Below are positions 52,918 through 64,000 of a stretch of 64,000 nt of DNA, one piece after another. The stretch comes from Lepidodermella squamata (lineage: Eukaryota > Animalia > Gastrotricha): assembly GCA_047495785.1 (NCBI GenBank), contig JBLDXI010000017.1, forward strand, positions 2,542,001 through 2,606,000, given 5' to 3'. The notes beneath the pieces are model-generated. The model saw only the letters and a list, made by a program, of their open reading frames with translations. It did no database searches and was not told the DNA's origin. Each line of letters opens with the position of its first letter. The first letter of the stretch is position 1. The position numbers were made by a program, and so were the translations under genes.

Positions 52918-53742
52918 TGTGGCAGACTTGTCCACACGTTTGCCTGTGATTTCCTAATAGAAGTCAGGTAAAATCCATCTAAAAATATTATTAGTAAGCA
53001 ATTGCAAATATTTTTTTTAGCAAATTAAAAAAATCAGTTTTGCATTAATAGTACTAGAAAAGCGCGGTATATTCTGTATTCGGTTGTAGCAGAGACATAA
53101 GTGAAGAACTTACTATTTTCCATACAAATGCAGAAAGTTCAAGTATATGAAATGTAGTTTACTGTCTTGTTGCGAGCATTGGCGCCGTTGAAACAAAGAA
53201 AAGGTCGAGCACTGGAAATGAACATGACTTTGCGGCACTGACTCGTCGCTATATACTAATAACATAGACAATGATGTAACATTATTGTCTATGACTAATA
53301 AACAATGGATAACCAACGTACGTATACGGATAATATGGCTAATTTGAAATTTGTGTGACCACTCATGGCAACTGAACTTGATATACATAATTGAAATATT
53401 TGTAGCAACTATTTCGTTTGAAGAACTTTTTTTGGTGTATAGGCACTAGGCATTTCATCTACTACTGTGTTTTACAGCTGTATGATGCGATTACGCCGCT
53501 CCACGAAATCCTTCGATGGTGGGGCTTATCCGCGTGTGATATATCTTGTATTGAACTGTAAACGAGTGAAGCCCTATTGGGTTGTAGTGTAACGGGCATT
53601 TCAGCGCTATACTCATGAAATTCTAAAATAACTATTTTCGCCGGTGGCGGCACGGGTTTCAGAAAGCTCATAAAATAAGCAATTCGAATGTCCTCTTATC
53701 ATGATCAGCAAATTAATTTGTATTTATTGAAAATGAGCTTAT

Positions 53743-54942
53743 TCAAATACAAGACGTTGAATTCAAAAATAATTCAGTCTTGTCATCAGGGGTATAATGA
53801 CCGCTACGTCGCAATTTTTCCACCAGTTTCGACGGCGATAAATTAGACGTAGAGTTGCCAACAATTTCACTCAAGTTCTCATCAGTTTGAGACCAGTGCG
53901 CACCGAACGGTCGAAGTTGGTACAGCAAGTATTCGAAAAGGTACATTTGCTGAGGGGTTACCTGAAAATAAGGACAATATAGAGATAGACTAAATTATAT
54001 AGGAAAGCTTAGTTCGAGAATTACGTAATGGAAAGAAACAGCATAGTCCGAACAGCAATCTGGACCCTCAACAAAACTGGTGTCGTAACTCCATATCCCG
54101 TTGTTTGAATCCAATCCGCCAATAGGTAACGTCTCCTTTAATCGAAACGGCAAGAACCGCTGTCTTTTAAAGCTGTCCAAAGTTTCAATGGCTCGAACGC
54201 CAACTCCTTCAAGACAAGTTCCAACATGGACATCTTCGGAACCTGAAGTTGTTCGCATGTTACAATACTTTGGAATTTTGTAACCCTCATTCACCATGCG
54301 GTAAAGGGCATTTCGCGATATTGCGTAACCAGCACCACCGCTCATGTAGCCCTGATTAACATAATGACGGAATAGGTGACCCAAATAAACCGGAGAATTA
54401 GGATTGTAATCACTAAGCAGCAGGCGTAAATTTTCCATTATCACAAACGTATCGTCGTCAGTTTTCAAAAACCAGTCAAAATCTGATAGATGGTTGTCGA
54501 AGGCCCATTTGAAACCCGCTCGTACTTTGGTCCATACTTCGCCATACCCAGCTTCCTGGGATACAGGAATCGCACCGAGCTCTGCATCATATTCATCAGA
54601 CATGAAAACTAGTTTGTTACATCGGCGGCCCCATGTTGCCTTGATAGATTTTGATTTAAGTTTGCGCGAGGACGTCGTCAGAACCAAGCATAGCACTTTT
54701 ACAGATGAAGCCATTAGATCGACCAATTGATTATCATCCGAATAAACCGGCATCTGAACCTTTGCCAAGGCTGCTTGGCTTCCGAAGTTGACGAAGTATG
54801 AGCGTGAGAATATGCCATATTCTGTATCAAACCAATATCCAACCAAGAATAATGTCCATAGACAATAAACTGAAGCGATTAGATAAAGTAAAGTCAGTCC
54901 AATAACAGCTAAAGGATGCCGATTTTTACATGGAACAATCAT
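53743..54942 (-). CDS. T-synthase-like A2, catalytic motifs intact (~378 aa)
   Basis: Exons 54942-54025 and 53961-53743. WFLKTDDDTF, GYMSGGAGY, EDV, CCSD..VSFHY. Confidence 0.92.
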
Positions 54943-55021
54943 AAAACCTATGATTTTTCAACGAAATGGTACACAAATTCAGAATTGATTGCTTCGCTCT
55001 AAATTAAACCACGTGACATTT

Positions 55022-56137
55022 TCACCTCCAAGTTGAGTTCAGAATTCGATTATGGCAAGTAGGAAAAAGATTTTTAGTGACTTTTGCGTCATATCCAGAC
55101 TTCTCCAGTAGGCGAATAATGTTTCTTGGAGACAATGTCAACAAGTTGGAACTATCTGCGGCTTCCTTTGACGGAACCCAGAGAGCCCCGAAAGGCCGTA
55201 CTCGGTACAGTAAATAGTGATAGATTTGCATGTCAGTGTTGTCCACCTAGTAAACATCGTCAATGAAGCATTCAACTTTTAGAAGCCAAAATCTTACGCT
55301 GTAAATTGATACGGCCCTTTTCGACCAAAAAAGCGGCACGTTCTGTGTTGCCCATTCGTTCGCGGTGTGGGCAATTGGCATAAGTTCTTTGTTGTCTTCG
55401 TCTAAGGTAATGTTGATAGCTCGAAGATCGGGCGATAAAGACCGTAGGCAAGTTGACATTTCAGCCGTTTCATAGGGCTGTTGGACGCTTTGCGCCCAAG
55501 GACATAAACCCGCCATCGGGAACGCTTCAATTGCAAGTCGGGACAGCGCTTTTCGCGACAAAGCGTACCCACTTTCAACAAGCAACAACGAGTTCGAATC
55601 TATCCTGCCCGCGTAAATCGTTTCGTTGGCGTTGTAACGAGCCAAAGCCAAGCGCCAGTTTTCCAACACCTGGAACGTGTTGTCCTCCGCTCTCAGAAAC
55701 CAGTCGTAGTCGTTCAAATGATTGTCGTGCGCCCACTTGAACGCAGCTTTCAGTCGGACCCATGAGTCAGCGTTGGTCGACTGCATATTTGGCGGGACGA
55801 TGGCGCCCAGCTCGGCGTCCTCCACATCGGAGATGAAAACCAATTTATTGCACCGAGGTCCCCAGGTTCGCTTGACTTGCAGCGCGTCGCTTTTATGACG
55901 CTCAGATTTTGTCACCACCAAGCACATGATGCGAACTGAGCTGAACATGAATTTAACGAGATCATTGTCGCGTATAGGCACAACGTAACTCGCATTGACC
56001 CGGCGAACTGGAACTGGCGGTGGCTGCCAAAACTCAAATTCGAATTGCACCTTGATGAAGTAATAATGAAGATAGACGCTCAAATATATTATTAGTGCAA
56101 CTGCCATGATTCGATAATACGACTTGAGGTTTGCCAT
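55022..56137 (-). CDS. T-synthase-like paralog B2 with degenerate active site (~354 aa)
   Basis: Exons 56137-55298 and 55246-55022. WFLRAEDNTF, VESGY, ETA, SIYS. Confidence 0.88.
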
Positions 56138-56677
56138 CTGAAAACTACCAGACTCTAAGAAATCATTCTCGTCTAGGAACTTTTTGTTTCCATTAGGTAT
56201 CGGCGCATTGTTCACTGGAAACTAGATCAGTAGCCACATTGTTATATAAGTATTTTACTTGCGGAACTCAGTCGGCCATTTCGCCAACTACTACGAAGTC
56301 GCAGTGCATTTGACAGTCATAAGGCTGCCAATCTATTCAAGTTGATATAGTCTCGTCGCTACGAAAACAATTCCCGTGTCTTGTGAACAATGGCGGGTAA
56401 AATGCTGCACATCATCTTACTAAAAGACAGCGACGATTACACGAAAACAGCTGCTGTTTTTTATTATTCTCTTTATTTTCTCCTTCTAGCAAGCAAATTC
56501 ATTTGTTCAAATATTCAATGGCCCAGTCACCGCTGTTTTTTCAAGCTTTTATTTCACAATTACAACTCTTCAAGCATCATAATAAAAGTATTCGTTGAAA
56601 GACTATTATATCGATAGAGCGATAAAACAAAGAAAAATATGGAATCGATTTAATTCAAATAATCGGTGTCTCAACTT

Positions 56678-59600
56678 CTAGCTCTGGGATGCAAGTCTCA
56701 GGTTGTGGGTTTCGTACGCTAGCCAGTGATCCGGAACCTCTAGGAAGAAGTGCCGCATAGCCGAGAGGAATCTATCGCGGTACTTGCCGGGGTAAAGAAT
56801 AGTCGGCGCTTTGCCCTGCCCGCCGAGCAGGCCCGTTGTCTTGACAATATACTCCAGTTTTTTGTCGAAAGTAAACGTTCGAAGGTAGTCGATGATGCCG
56901 ACGACAATAACCTGCCGTTCTGCGTCGATTCCGACCAGCAGCGAGTAGTCCATCACTGAGTTACGCGCCAAAAACTGCGTGTCGGCTGCAATTGCCTGCA
57001 GCAATAGCTGTTTCGAGTGAGGATGCACGTAGAGGGGATCTTGAAGGCTTCCTATGAATATTTAAAAAAATTAAATTTGAATTTGAAATTTGAAATTTTG
57101 AATTTTTTTAAATATTTTGAAAATTCCTCCTTAAATTTGTAGAGAAAATACTAACGGATGAGGAGATTCTCGTCCATCAAAACCATTTCATAGGGCTGCC
57201 TTTCAGGTGTAGCTTCCGAGGCCTCGGCGTCAGCAGACGGCGTTTGTTGGTGCTGTTTAACGAAGCGGTTTCTTTCGGAGCCTTTCAAATCGAATTTGTC
57301 CGAAATTGTGTAGCACCTGAACAGATCAGTCATAACTATCAAGTCGAATTTCGACGATCGGCCAGTCACTCCGTTATCGAATGATACGTTGAAGGCTCCC
57401 AAAATAGGCACAAGGGCCGAGGGTCTCTATAAATAAAAATTAAAAATCCGCCTTAAAATAATAGCTCTTCTTACGTTTTGTTCGCGAGCTGATCGTATCA
57501 TAGCCGCATATTCAGGGGCGAGTTTGAAAATTGTTTTCAGCTCGTCCTTCGAGACCTGTTTCAAAAGCAGCCGGCCGTCTGTTGTCTTGAAAAACCGAAG
57601 CCCTGATTTCCCGCCAGCCGCAACCCAGGAAATACACCGAGCAAGCGAACGCAGGAAGGACGTTTCCAACCAGTCCCTTACGTCGCTCTCTTCCTGATCT
57701 GCTTTTTCCACGAGAATGGAACGAATTTCAGCAAAAATAGCCGCATGGTAGATGGTGACCGAAAATTTGGTGACGCTTTCTTTACCGACATTAGCATCGG
57801 TCCACGAAATTTTGATGTGAGGATCAATTTCAAGATTCGTCAACTGAGCCTGTGATTGAACTTCTCGAGCCGGTGAATCAGGTTTTATGTTCAAAGGCTG
57901 AGGGGTCAAGTGTCGCGGCGACGGTGTGTTTGTGTTCGAGGCGAAATTTGGCACAGTCGCGCTCGCCTTTGGCTTCGATTTACGCGACAACTGCGGCGAA
58001 GATTGAGCCGAAGAAGGTCGGCTGCCTGACCGTGATCTCGGGGCGATAAAGCGAGCCGAGTCTAAAATTGGCCGTCGGCTTGCGAATTTCGGCCTTACAC
58101 CGCGCAAGGAAATCGTGTCAACAGGGTCAACGGTCGAGCCGAATTCAATCGCACTCGCGTCGTCCTCTGCTTCATCGTCATTAGCCATATTCAAGTTCAT
58201 TGCACTGGCACTTCTAGCACTTAACGTCATCTCCCTAGACCGCGATGGATCATCATTGTCGCTTTCTTCCCCGCTTGAATCTCGAATAATATCAGTCGAA
58301 TCCACATCCATCGCCTGTTTTTCACTAGCGACAGGCGTAGTAGGTTGGTTGGACGCAAATTCCGCCAGCCGGTTCATCAGCGGTAATGAAGGTCGATCAG
58401 GTAACGGAGAACCTATAGCTCGCAGCTGTTTCAACTTCTGGTTGTATTCATCGGTTGACAGGGCGAATGCAATGATAGAACTCGGCTCGTTGTCATAAAC
58501 AGCGACCGGAAATAGGTAAGTTTGGCCTCGAAAAACGTAGTGATAAGTCGGGTCAAACGGAGCTTTCAGCGGCAATTTCAGCTTCGTTTTGAAAATTGGT
58601 TGTTTAAACACCTCAGAATCGGTCAGAAACTCTAGAACCTGTTTACCGATGTGTTTACTCGCGGTTACTGAAGATGCGACCGGCGGCTGCGTTGGCTGAT
58701 TTTGGACCGGGACTGGCAGAGTTTGCATAGCTGCATTAGACGAAACCCGGCCCAGTAAATTGTGCTGCGATTTTTCTGGGGTGTTTTCGGTCAAAACTGG
58801 ATCTTTCGTATCACTCAGGCCTAGGCCAGATTGTTCAATAATCGGTGCGCCGATGGGTATAGGCGAGGTCGGGCCGACGAAAGAAGTCGATAAATAAGTA
58901 GAAGATGGACCCTCAGAGTCGTTGCTTAAAACCGTTGACGATGATTGAGTTCGGAGGAATCGAACCAAATTTTTAAGCCGTTCGTTCCAATCCAGCCACG
59001 ATTGGCTTACATGCTGAAACAGCTCGAACGCGATTTGCTCCGTAGTTCGGACTATCGTCGAGTTGGACGGCCGTTCCCACGCCTGATCAGTCATCGCCAA
59101 GTCCAACGCAGCCATATTCGTAATGAATAATTTTCGCTCGTCCGCCAGGTGTTCCTCTGAATGGGTCATCAAATCTATGGCAGGTTGGGAAATCGAACAA
59201 CCGGGTGAAATCATAAGGTTGTTTTTGCAATTTTCCAAATACATTTGAACCACATCGAGATGCGACAATATCGCTTGGGTCAGTAACTCGTGATCTTTCA
59301 TCAGGGCCGCATGACGGTCTTTGAATTCCAGCGGCAATGTCGGTTCAAGAGAAATAGTTGGCGGGGGAATTACGAGGTCGTGGACGTTGATGTTGGAATA
59401 TTTGACCACAGCGACCAGGCTGTTTTTCGCGAAAAATTGTAAATAATCTTTCACGAAAGAGTGCGAACAAGCCGGGCCTTCTTGCGTGGCTGGCGAGACT
59501 TTGAAGTCGATGCCATAGAATTTCAGGTGCAAATAACATGCCAGGGACATGCCCCAAACGTCTTCGCTAACTTCAGCGAACGGCGTAATTGTTCGACACG

Positions 59601-62600
59601 TTCGACACATGGACCAAGTAATCAACGCATCGGATGAGAATTCGTTCGAAACTTCGCTGTCCTGAGAAACTTCACTCGCACGAGGATTCGCAAGGGCCAG
59701 AATTGAGAGAATAGGTTCGGCGAGGGGGCGCACAACGATTTCGACCCTGCCGTAATTCGAAGCGAAACGGCGCACGTGGTCGACTAATGGAGCCCCGCAG
59801 CCTCTACGTGGGCATATCGTCGTTGGTACGAAGCACTGATTCTCCAAAAACGCACCTAAACTCAAGTCGGAAGGCGCGTGGTAAGGGCATGATACCAATC
59901 GCGGGCCGTCGCAATGCCGATAAGGCGATAATTGGGAGTCGAGCGAGAACGTGCTAGTCAGCACGTGCAGGTATTGGCACTCAAAAATCGACAATGGTTT
60001 CACCCAGGCGCCGCATTTTCTCTCCGAAACAGTTAAATTTCGGCTTTCGGCTTTATTTTCGTCATCCGAAATGTCGAACAAAAAGCCTTGCCGGCGAAAT
60101 TGCGCGAGCAAGGTTTGAACTTGCAACGACTTCAAATCACCAATCAGCGGCGTCGTGAAAAATTTATCGTACGGTTTCGGCACTGATTTTGACACCCACA
60201 TCGGCGGAGATGGGTTTGGAATAGCCAATGGCTGTTTACCAGCTAAATAGCTAGCACTGAATATCGTGAATAACGTAGACTCAAAGTAAATTCTCGATTG
60301 ACTAGCCTCGAAGAGGGCTGATTTTTTCATCGGGTCTGGAAGTTTGATCAAAGGGCTGAGAGATAGTAACCCAGAATTCGCCAAGGTGAAAGCAGCCTCT
60401 AAAGTAGAGTTGCTTTTCAAGGAGGCGGTCGATAAATCAAGGGCTGCCAGAGTTGATGCGCTGGTTTGATGCGACTTTTTCGCTGGGCCGTTTCTCGATG
60501 CAGATTTCGACCGTTTCGACGAGCCTCCGATTCCACTTTGACGTCTCCGGCCAGTCGAAGCGACAGGTTTATTGTCTTCGTCGTCAAAGTAGACGCGACC
60601 AGCGAATTTATCTGTTACGCTATTGTAGGGTGGCGGCAAATCGAACGAAGCCGGATCAGCTCGAGCCGCTAGAAGGTACTGCGATAGCACCAGGCCGTCA
60701 TACGCAACCAAAATCAATTGCTTCAAGATTCGTTTGACCTTGATCAAATCGCTGTAATTGCTGTCTCGAACTAGCAGGGTGCAACCGATCGGGTCGCATC
60801 CGGATAGGCAGAGGAAGGTTTTCTGAAGGCGGGTGTGTAGATGAACGGAGAAGGAAGCGAAAGTACGGCAAGTTCCAAGTCTGAACGAAGACTGCTGTCC
60901 TGAGCTGAGTAGTGAAAGACTATCCACGGTGGAAACGATCGTGGCTCCAGTATATCTCGAAATTTGTTCAAGAATGCGAGGTTTCACGAAAGACGCGGCT
61001 ACAATATCATTGGCTAGCAACAATTTATTAGCCACAGTTGGAATACTGCCGCCACAAAACAGAACTGTTGGTTTTGTACTGACAATTTGCGAGACATTTC
61101 TCTGCATTTGCTCGGTTTCCTGCGGTCCGAAATCAGATTAAAAATTGAAATAAAATCGAAGTAAAATGAGCAAACCTGATGGACAAGAACGTCAAGCGTT
61201 GTCAATTGCTGCGAGTCGCGTTCAAAATCGAGTCCGGTTTGCAGCAATAAAAACCGAGGATTATAGAGCGAAGTCCGCATGCCTCGATGGGACAAGCTTT
61301 TCGTGAAAACCAGCCCGTCTACGTACTCAAAATGCGCCGATAAACTAGAGTCATATATTTTCTTAATTTTCACGCAACGCCTGATATCGAGGGCATCCGG
61401 GTAAGATCGAGGATGCGGTTTGACGATTCGCACGACTTGATAGACGATTTGCAGCAGATTTCGTTGCCACTTCTCCGCGTCAAGTTCGTCGACTGCGAGC
61501 AGGTCAGCGCAAATTCGTGCCAGATGAACTTTATACAGCCTCCTTAAGCTGGCATCTACATCTGTAGCGCGATAAGGCAGAACTTCACTCGGACGCTCTT
61601 TAATCATGAAATTTTTCTGAAGACTCTCGCCAACTGCTGCGTCGACTTGAACATTCATTTGGTTGGTTTTTGTCGCAGTTGCAACAGTAGCAACTCCGAA
61701 AGATGAAGTCCGAGGAAGGTCTTTCGATGAAACAGACGAAGTATTGCGTCTAACACCGGCGGGTGGCGGCTGAAGTTGCATTCTCGACGTTGAGCTGCTA
61801 CCTCTCGACGGTTTGTTTTCAGGCGCATTTTGGTCTGTAGCGATTGGGACGAACCCAGCGGATCTTCCGGGTCGATAATAGGAGGCTAGGGCAAAAACTT
61901 CCCGATTCGTCGATCGTTGTAGAGGTGCAATTATTCCTAGGTCCAGCATAGCTTTTGATATAGCGGCAGCTTGGAAACTGTTCAATTCTTGATCCCTGGT
62001 CATCAGCCATTTCAGTAAGCTTTCGCCGGAGAAACAATGATAGAAAGTTTTCGCCAACGACCTGCGTGTTTCGAACTTCAAACCATTCGGCTGGAATGCT
62101 GATTCGAAAATTCGCTTCAAGTTTGCGAACTGAGGCAAAGCTTCGATGTTTCCACGTGATTCCACGTGGTTCTGGTTGAAGTCATCCTCATCGCCACTTC
62201 CGTATGAATTATCGACTGTTATTTCGTCCAGTGTCATTCTACGATCAACCAGCCGCCTTAACGGATCAAGAATCACACCACTCGAGTCATCAATTATAGA
62301 GGTCGAGTTAGACGGACTTAGAGGTACTATGCTCGTATATGCAGGCGAGTGAGGGACAGCTGCATCGTTGGATATTCTAGGCGAAGGAGCGATTCGGCTC
62401 AAACTTCGATTTAATGCATTGCCTGAAGATCCGGCATTAGAGCTCTGAATATTTTGCACCGAAGACGATGTTTGCATCTGCGTTTGATAAGGCTGATTAG
62501 CCGTCATAGCTGCTCCGGCAACCGTTGCATAGAGAGACGCAATTTTTTGAAGCATTTCGTCAGATAAAGATTCGTAATGCGTTTCTAACAGACTTTTCAG

Positions 62601-63245
62601 CGTATCACGATAGCACACCTCACAGGACCTAAGACCCTCTGAAAAAAATTAACTGAAGATAACTTCATTTATTCGATAGTAGAAGCTACCTCTCGCTCCG
62701 AAGGGTTGCCCTGGAATTCGAAAACTCGAACAAGAATCACAGAAAATTCTGCCACAGAACCGGCAATGATGTCTGCGAAGGAATGTAGTGAACTTCATGG
62801 AGCAGGCATAACAGTGGCGACACGCATCGTCGCTGGCCCATTTCGCATTCAAACCAATCGAAACTGGCGGGTTTTTACCGAAAATCGAAAGGAATTTCTT
62901 CGGTGCCTGGCCTGCGTGAGGATTCGATGCAGTTGGCGCCTGTGAAATGCTGCTAATATCAGAGCTGCTAATAATACTTCCCGTCGGTTCATGACTTGGA
63001 TCGGCATCTGCTTGGGTAGGCTGATTTTTTGTCGCTGAATTCGGAGCTGACAATGGGTCTGATTTTTTCGATGAATCATCACCGCGCCGAAATGCAGAAG
63101 CGACCGCCCCAAATAGTGAGCCTAGCCGGGATGATGAATGCGTATCTGCTTCATCGGGATTTGGAGGAGGCGCGCCAAATGACGTAAACGTATTGGGATC
63201 GAAGTCTACTTCTTGTAACGAAGGTTGCGTATTGGACTGCTTCAT
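56678..63245 (-). CDS. PIKFYVE: PIKfyve/Fab1, copy 2 (~2,102 aa, with DEP domain)
   Basis: Exons 63245-62690, 62638-61176, 61119-57475, 57426-57156, 57051-56678. FYVE, DEP-like (TFYHCFSGESLLKWLM..AAAISKAMLDLGII), CCT-like and intact kinase motifs. Confidence 0.93.
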
Positions 63246-63417
63246 CAAATAAACAAAAAATCTACAAAAAAACGCGATTTTAGAACGATTGTATAATGCA
63301 TATATCGTCAGATAAATAATTTTGAGCTTGTGATCAGAAAGCGCCAACATTAGAGTGAAATAGTTAAAATGATAGAAAAATACCGCATCCATGAAAATAC
63401 CAAGATCTCATGTAAAA

Positions 63418-64000
63418 TTAATGTTCCAAAGATGTAGAAGAAACTAATGTTTTTAAATGTGCCGAAACATCGCGCAGCACTTTGTTTGATGACTGCAAAG
63501 ACACGTTGTAGCCGTGATTTCGCATTACTTTGATAAGGCTAAAAGGCGATAATTTTAGCAGGTTTTTGTGTCCATCAGCAGCGTCAAGTTCCTCCCAATA
63601 TTGGCCGTAAGGCCTCGCTCGATACAATAAATAATCCATCACGTACATCTCCTCGGGAGTGGTCTATAAAAATTATCGACAATAACAAAAATTATCCACA
63701 ACATGGATAAAAATTACGTAATGAAAAGATATAGCCGCATCAGAACAACAGCCCGGTCCTTCGGTGTAATTGAATCGATCATGCCCCCATACCCAGTAAT
63801 CTTTCTTCAGACGGCCGATTATCAGATGATCCAAAGGTTTCAGGGGCATGAAGGTATTTCTGCCCAGCGAATCCCGAGTGTCCACCAAGGTGGCTTTAGA
63901 GAACTCGTAGGCTCTGCCCAGCTCAACATCCTCAAGAGCAGACTCCAGCCAGGCCGAATACGACTGCTTATAGCCAACGTCGATCATTTCGTACAAAGCT
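63418..64000 (-). CDS. 3' part of a third T-synthase-like gene A3 (cut by the window end)
   Basis: Exons >64000-63718 and 63663-63418. EDVELG, DTRDSLGR, CCSDAAISFHY, MYVMDYLLY. Confidence 0.85.

Noticed and set aside
1-64000. tRNA, rRNA, SL RNA, CRISPR or transposase genes
   Set aside because: None recognised by eye; tRNAscan-SE, Infernal and RepeatModeler would be needed to exclude small or divergent ones.

Overview
Eukaryotic DNA from a compact-genome ciliated animal (taxon not identifiable from this window; GT-AG introns mostly 44-65 nt). I built 15 protein-coding gene models by hand from ORFs plus splice-site phase: 3' exon of a Meis/homothorax TALE homeobox gene (+); a CYP2-clan P450 (-); a complete DNAH14-like axonemal dynein heavy chain (+, ~4,700 aa); ANKEF1 (-); cytosolic MDH1, mitochondrial acetyl-CoA synthetase and a divergent MDH1 duplicate (+); then nine consecutive minus-strand endomembrane genes (PIKfyve copy 1, GH38 alpha-mannosidase, SMS-family synthase, two tandem pairs of core-1 beta-1,3-galactosyltransferase plus catalytically degenerate paralog, PIKfyve copy 2, and a third, truncated T-synthase). 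Top leads: (1) the MDH1 duplicate has an NADP-type cofactor loop (LLGTERR), has lost the oxaloacetate-specificity Arg, and has an RFX X-box like the neighbouring ciliary genes; (2) duplicated T-synthase/Cosmc-like pseudoenzyme pairs only 50-79 nt apart; (3) frame-preserving candidate microexons in the long introns of the dynein gene; (4) an in-frame TGA in an otherwise intact SMS-family gene; (5) two PIKfyve paralogs, one without a DEP domain. No rRNA, tRNA, CRISPR or autonomous transposon was recognised. Family assignments rest on motif recall, not database searches.
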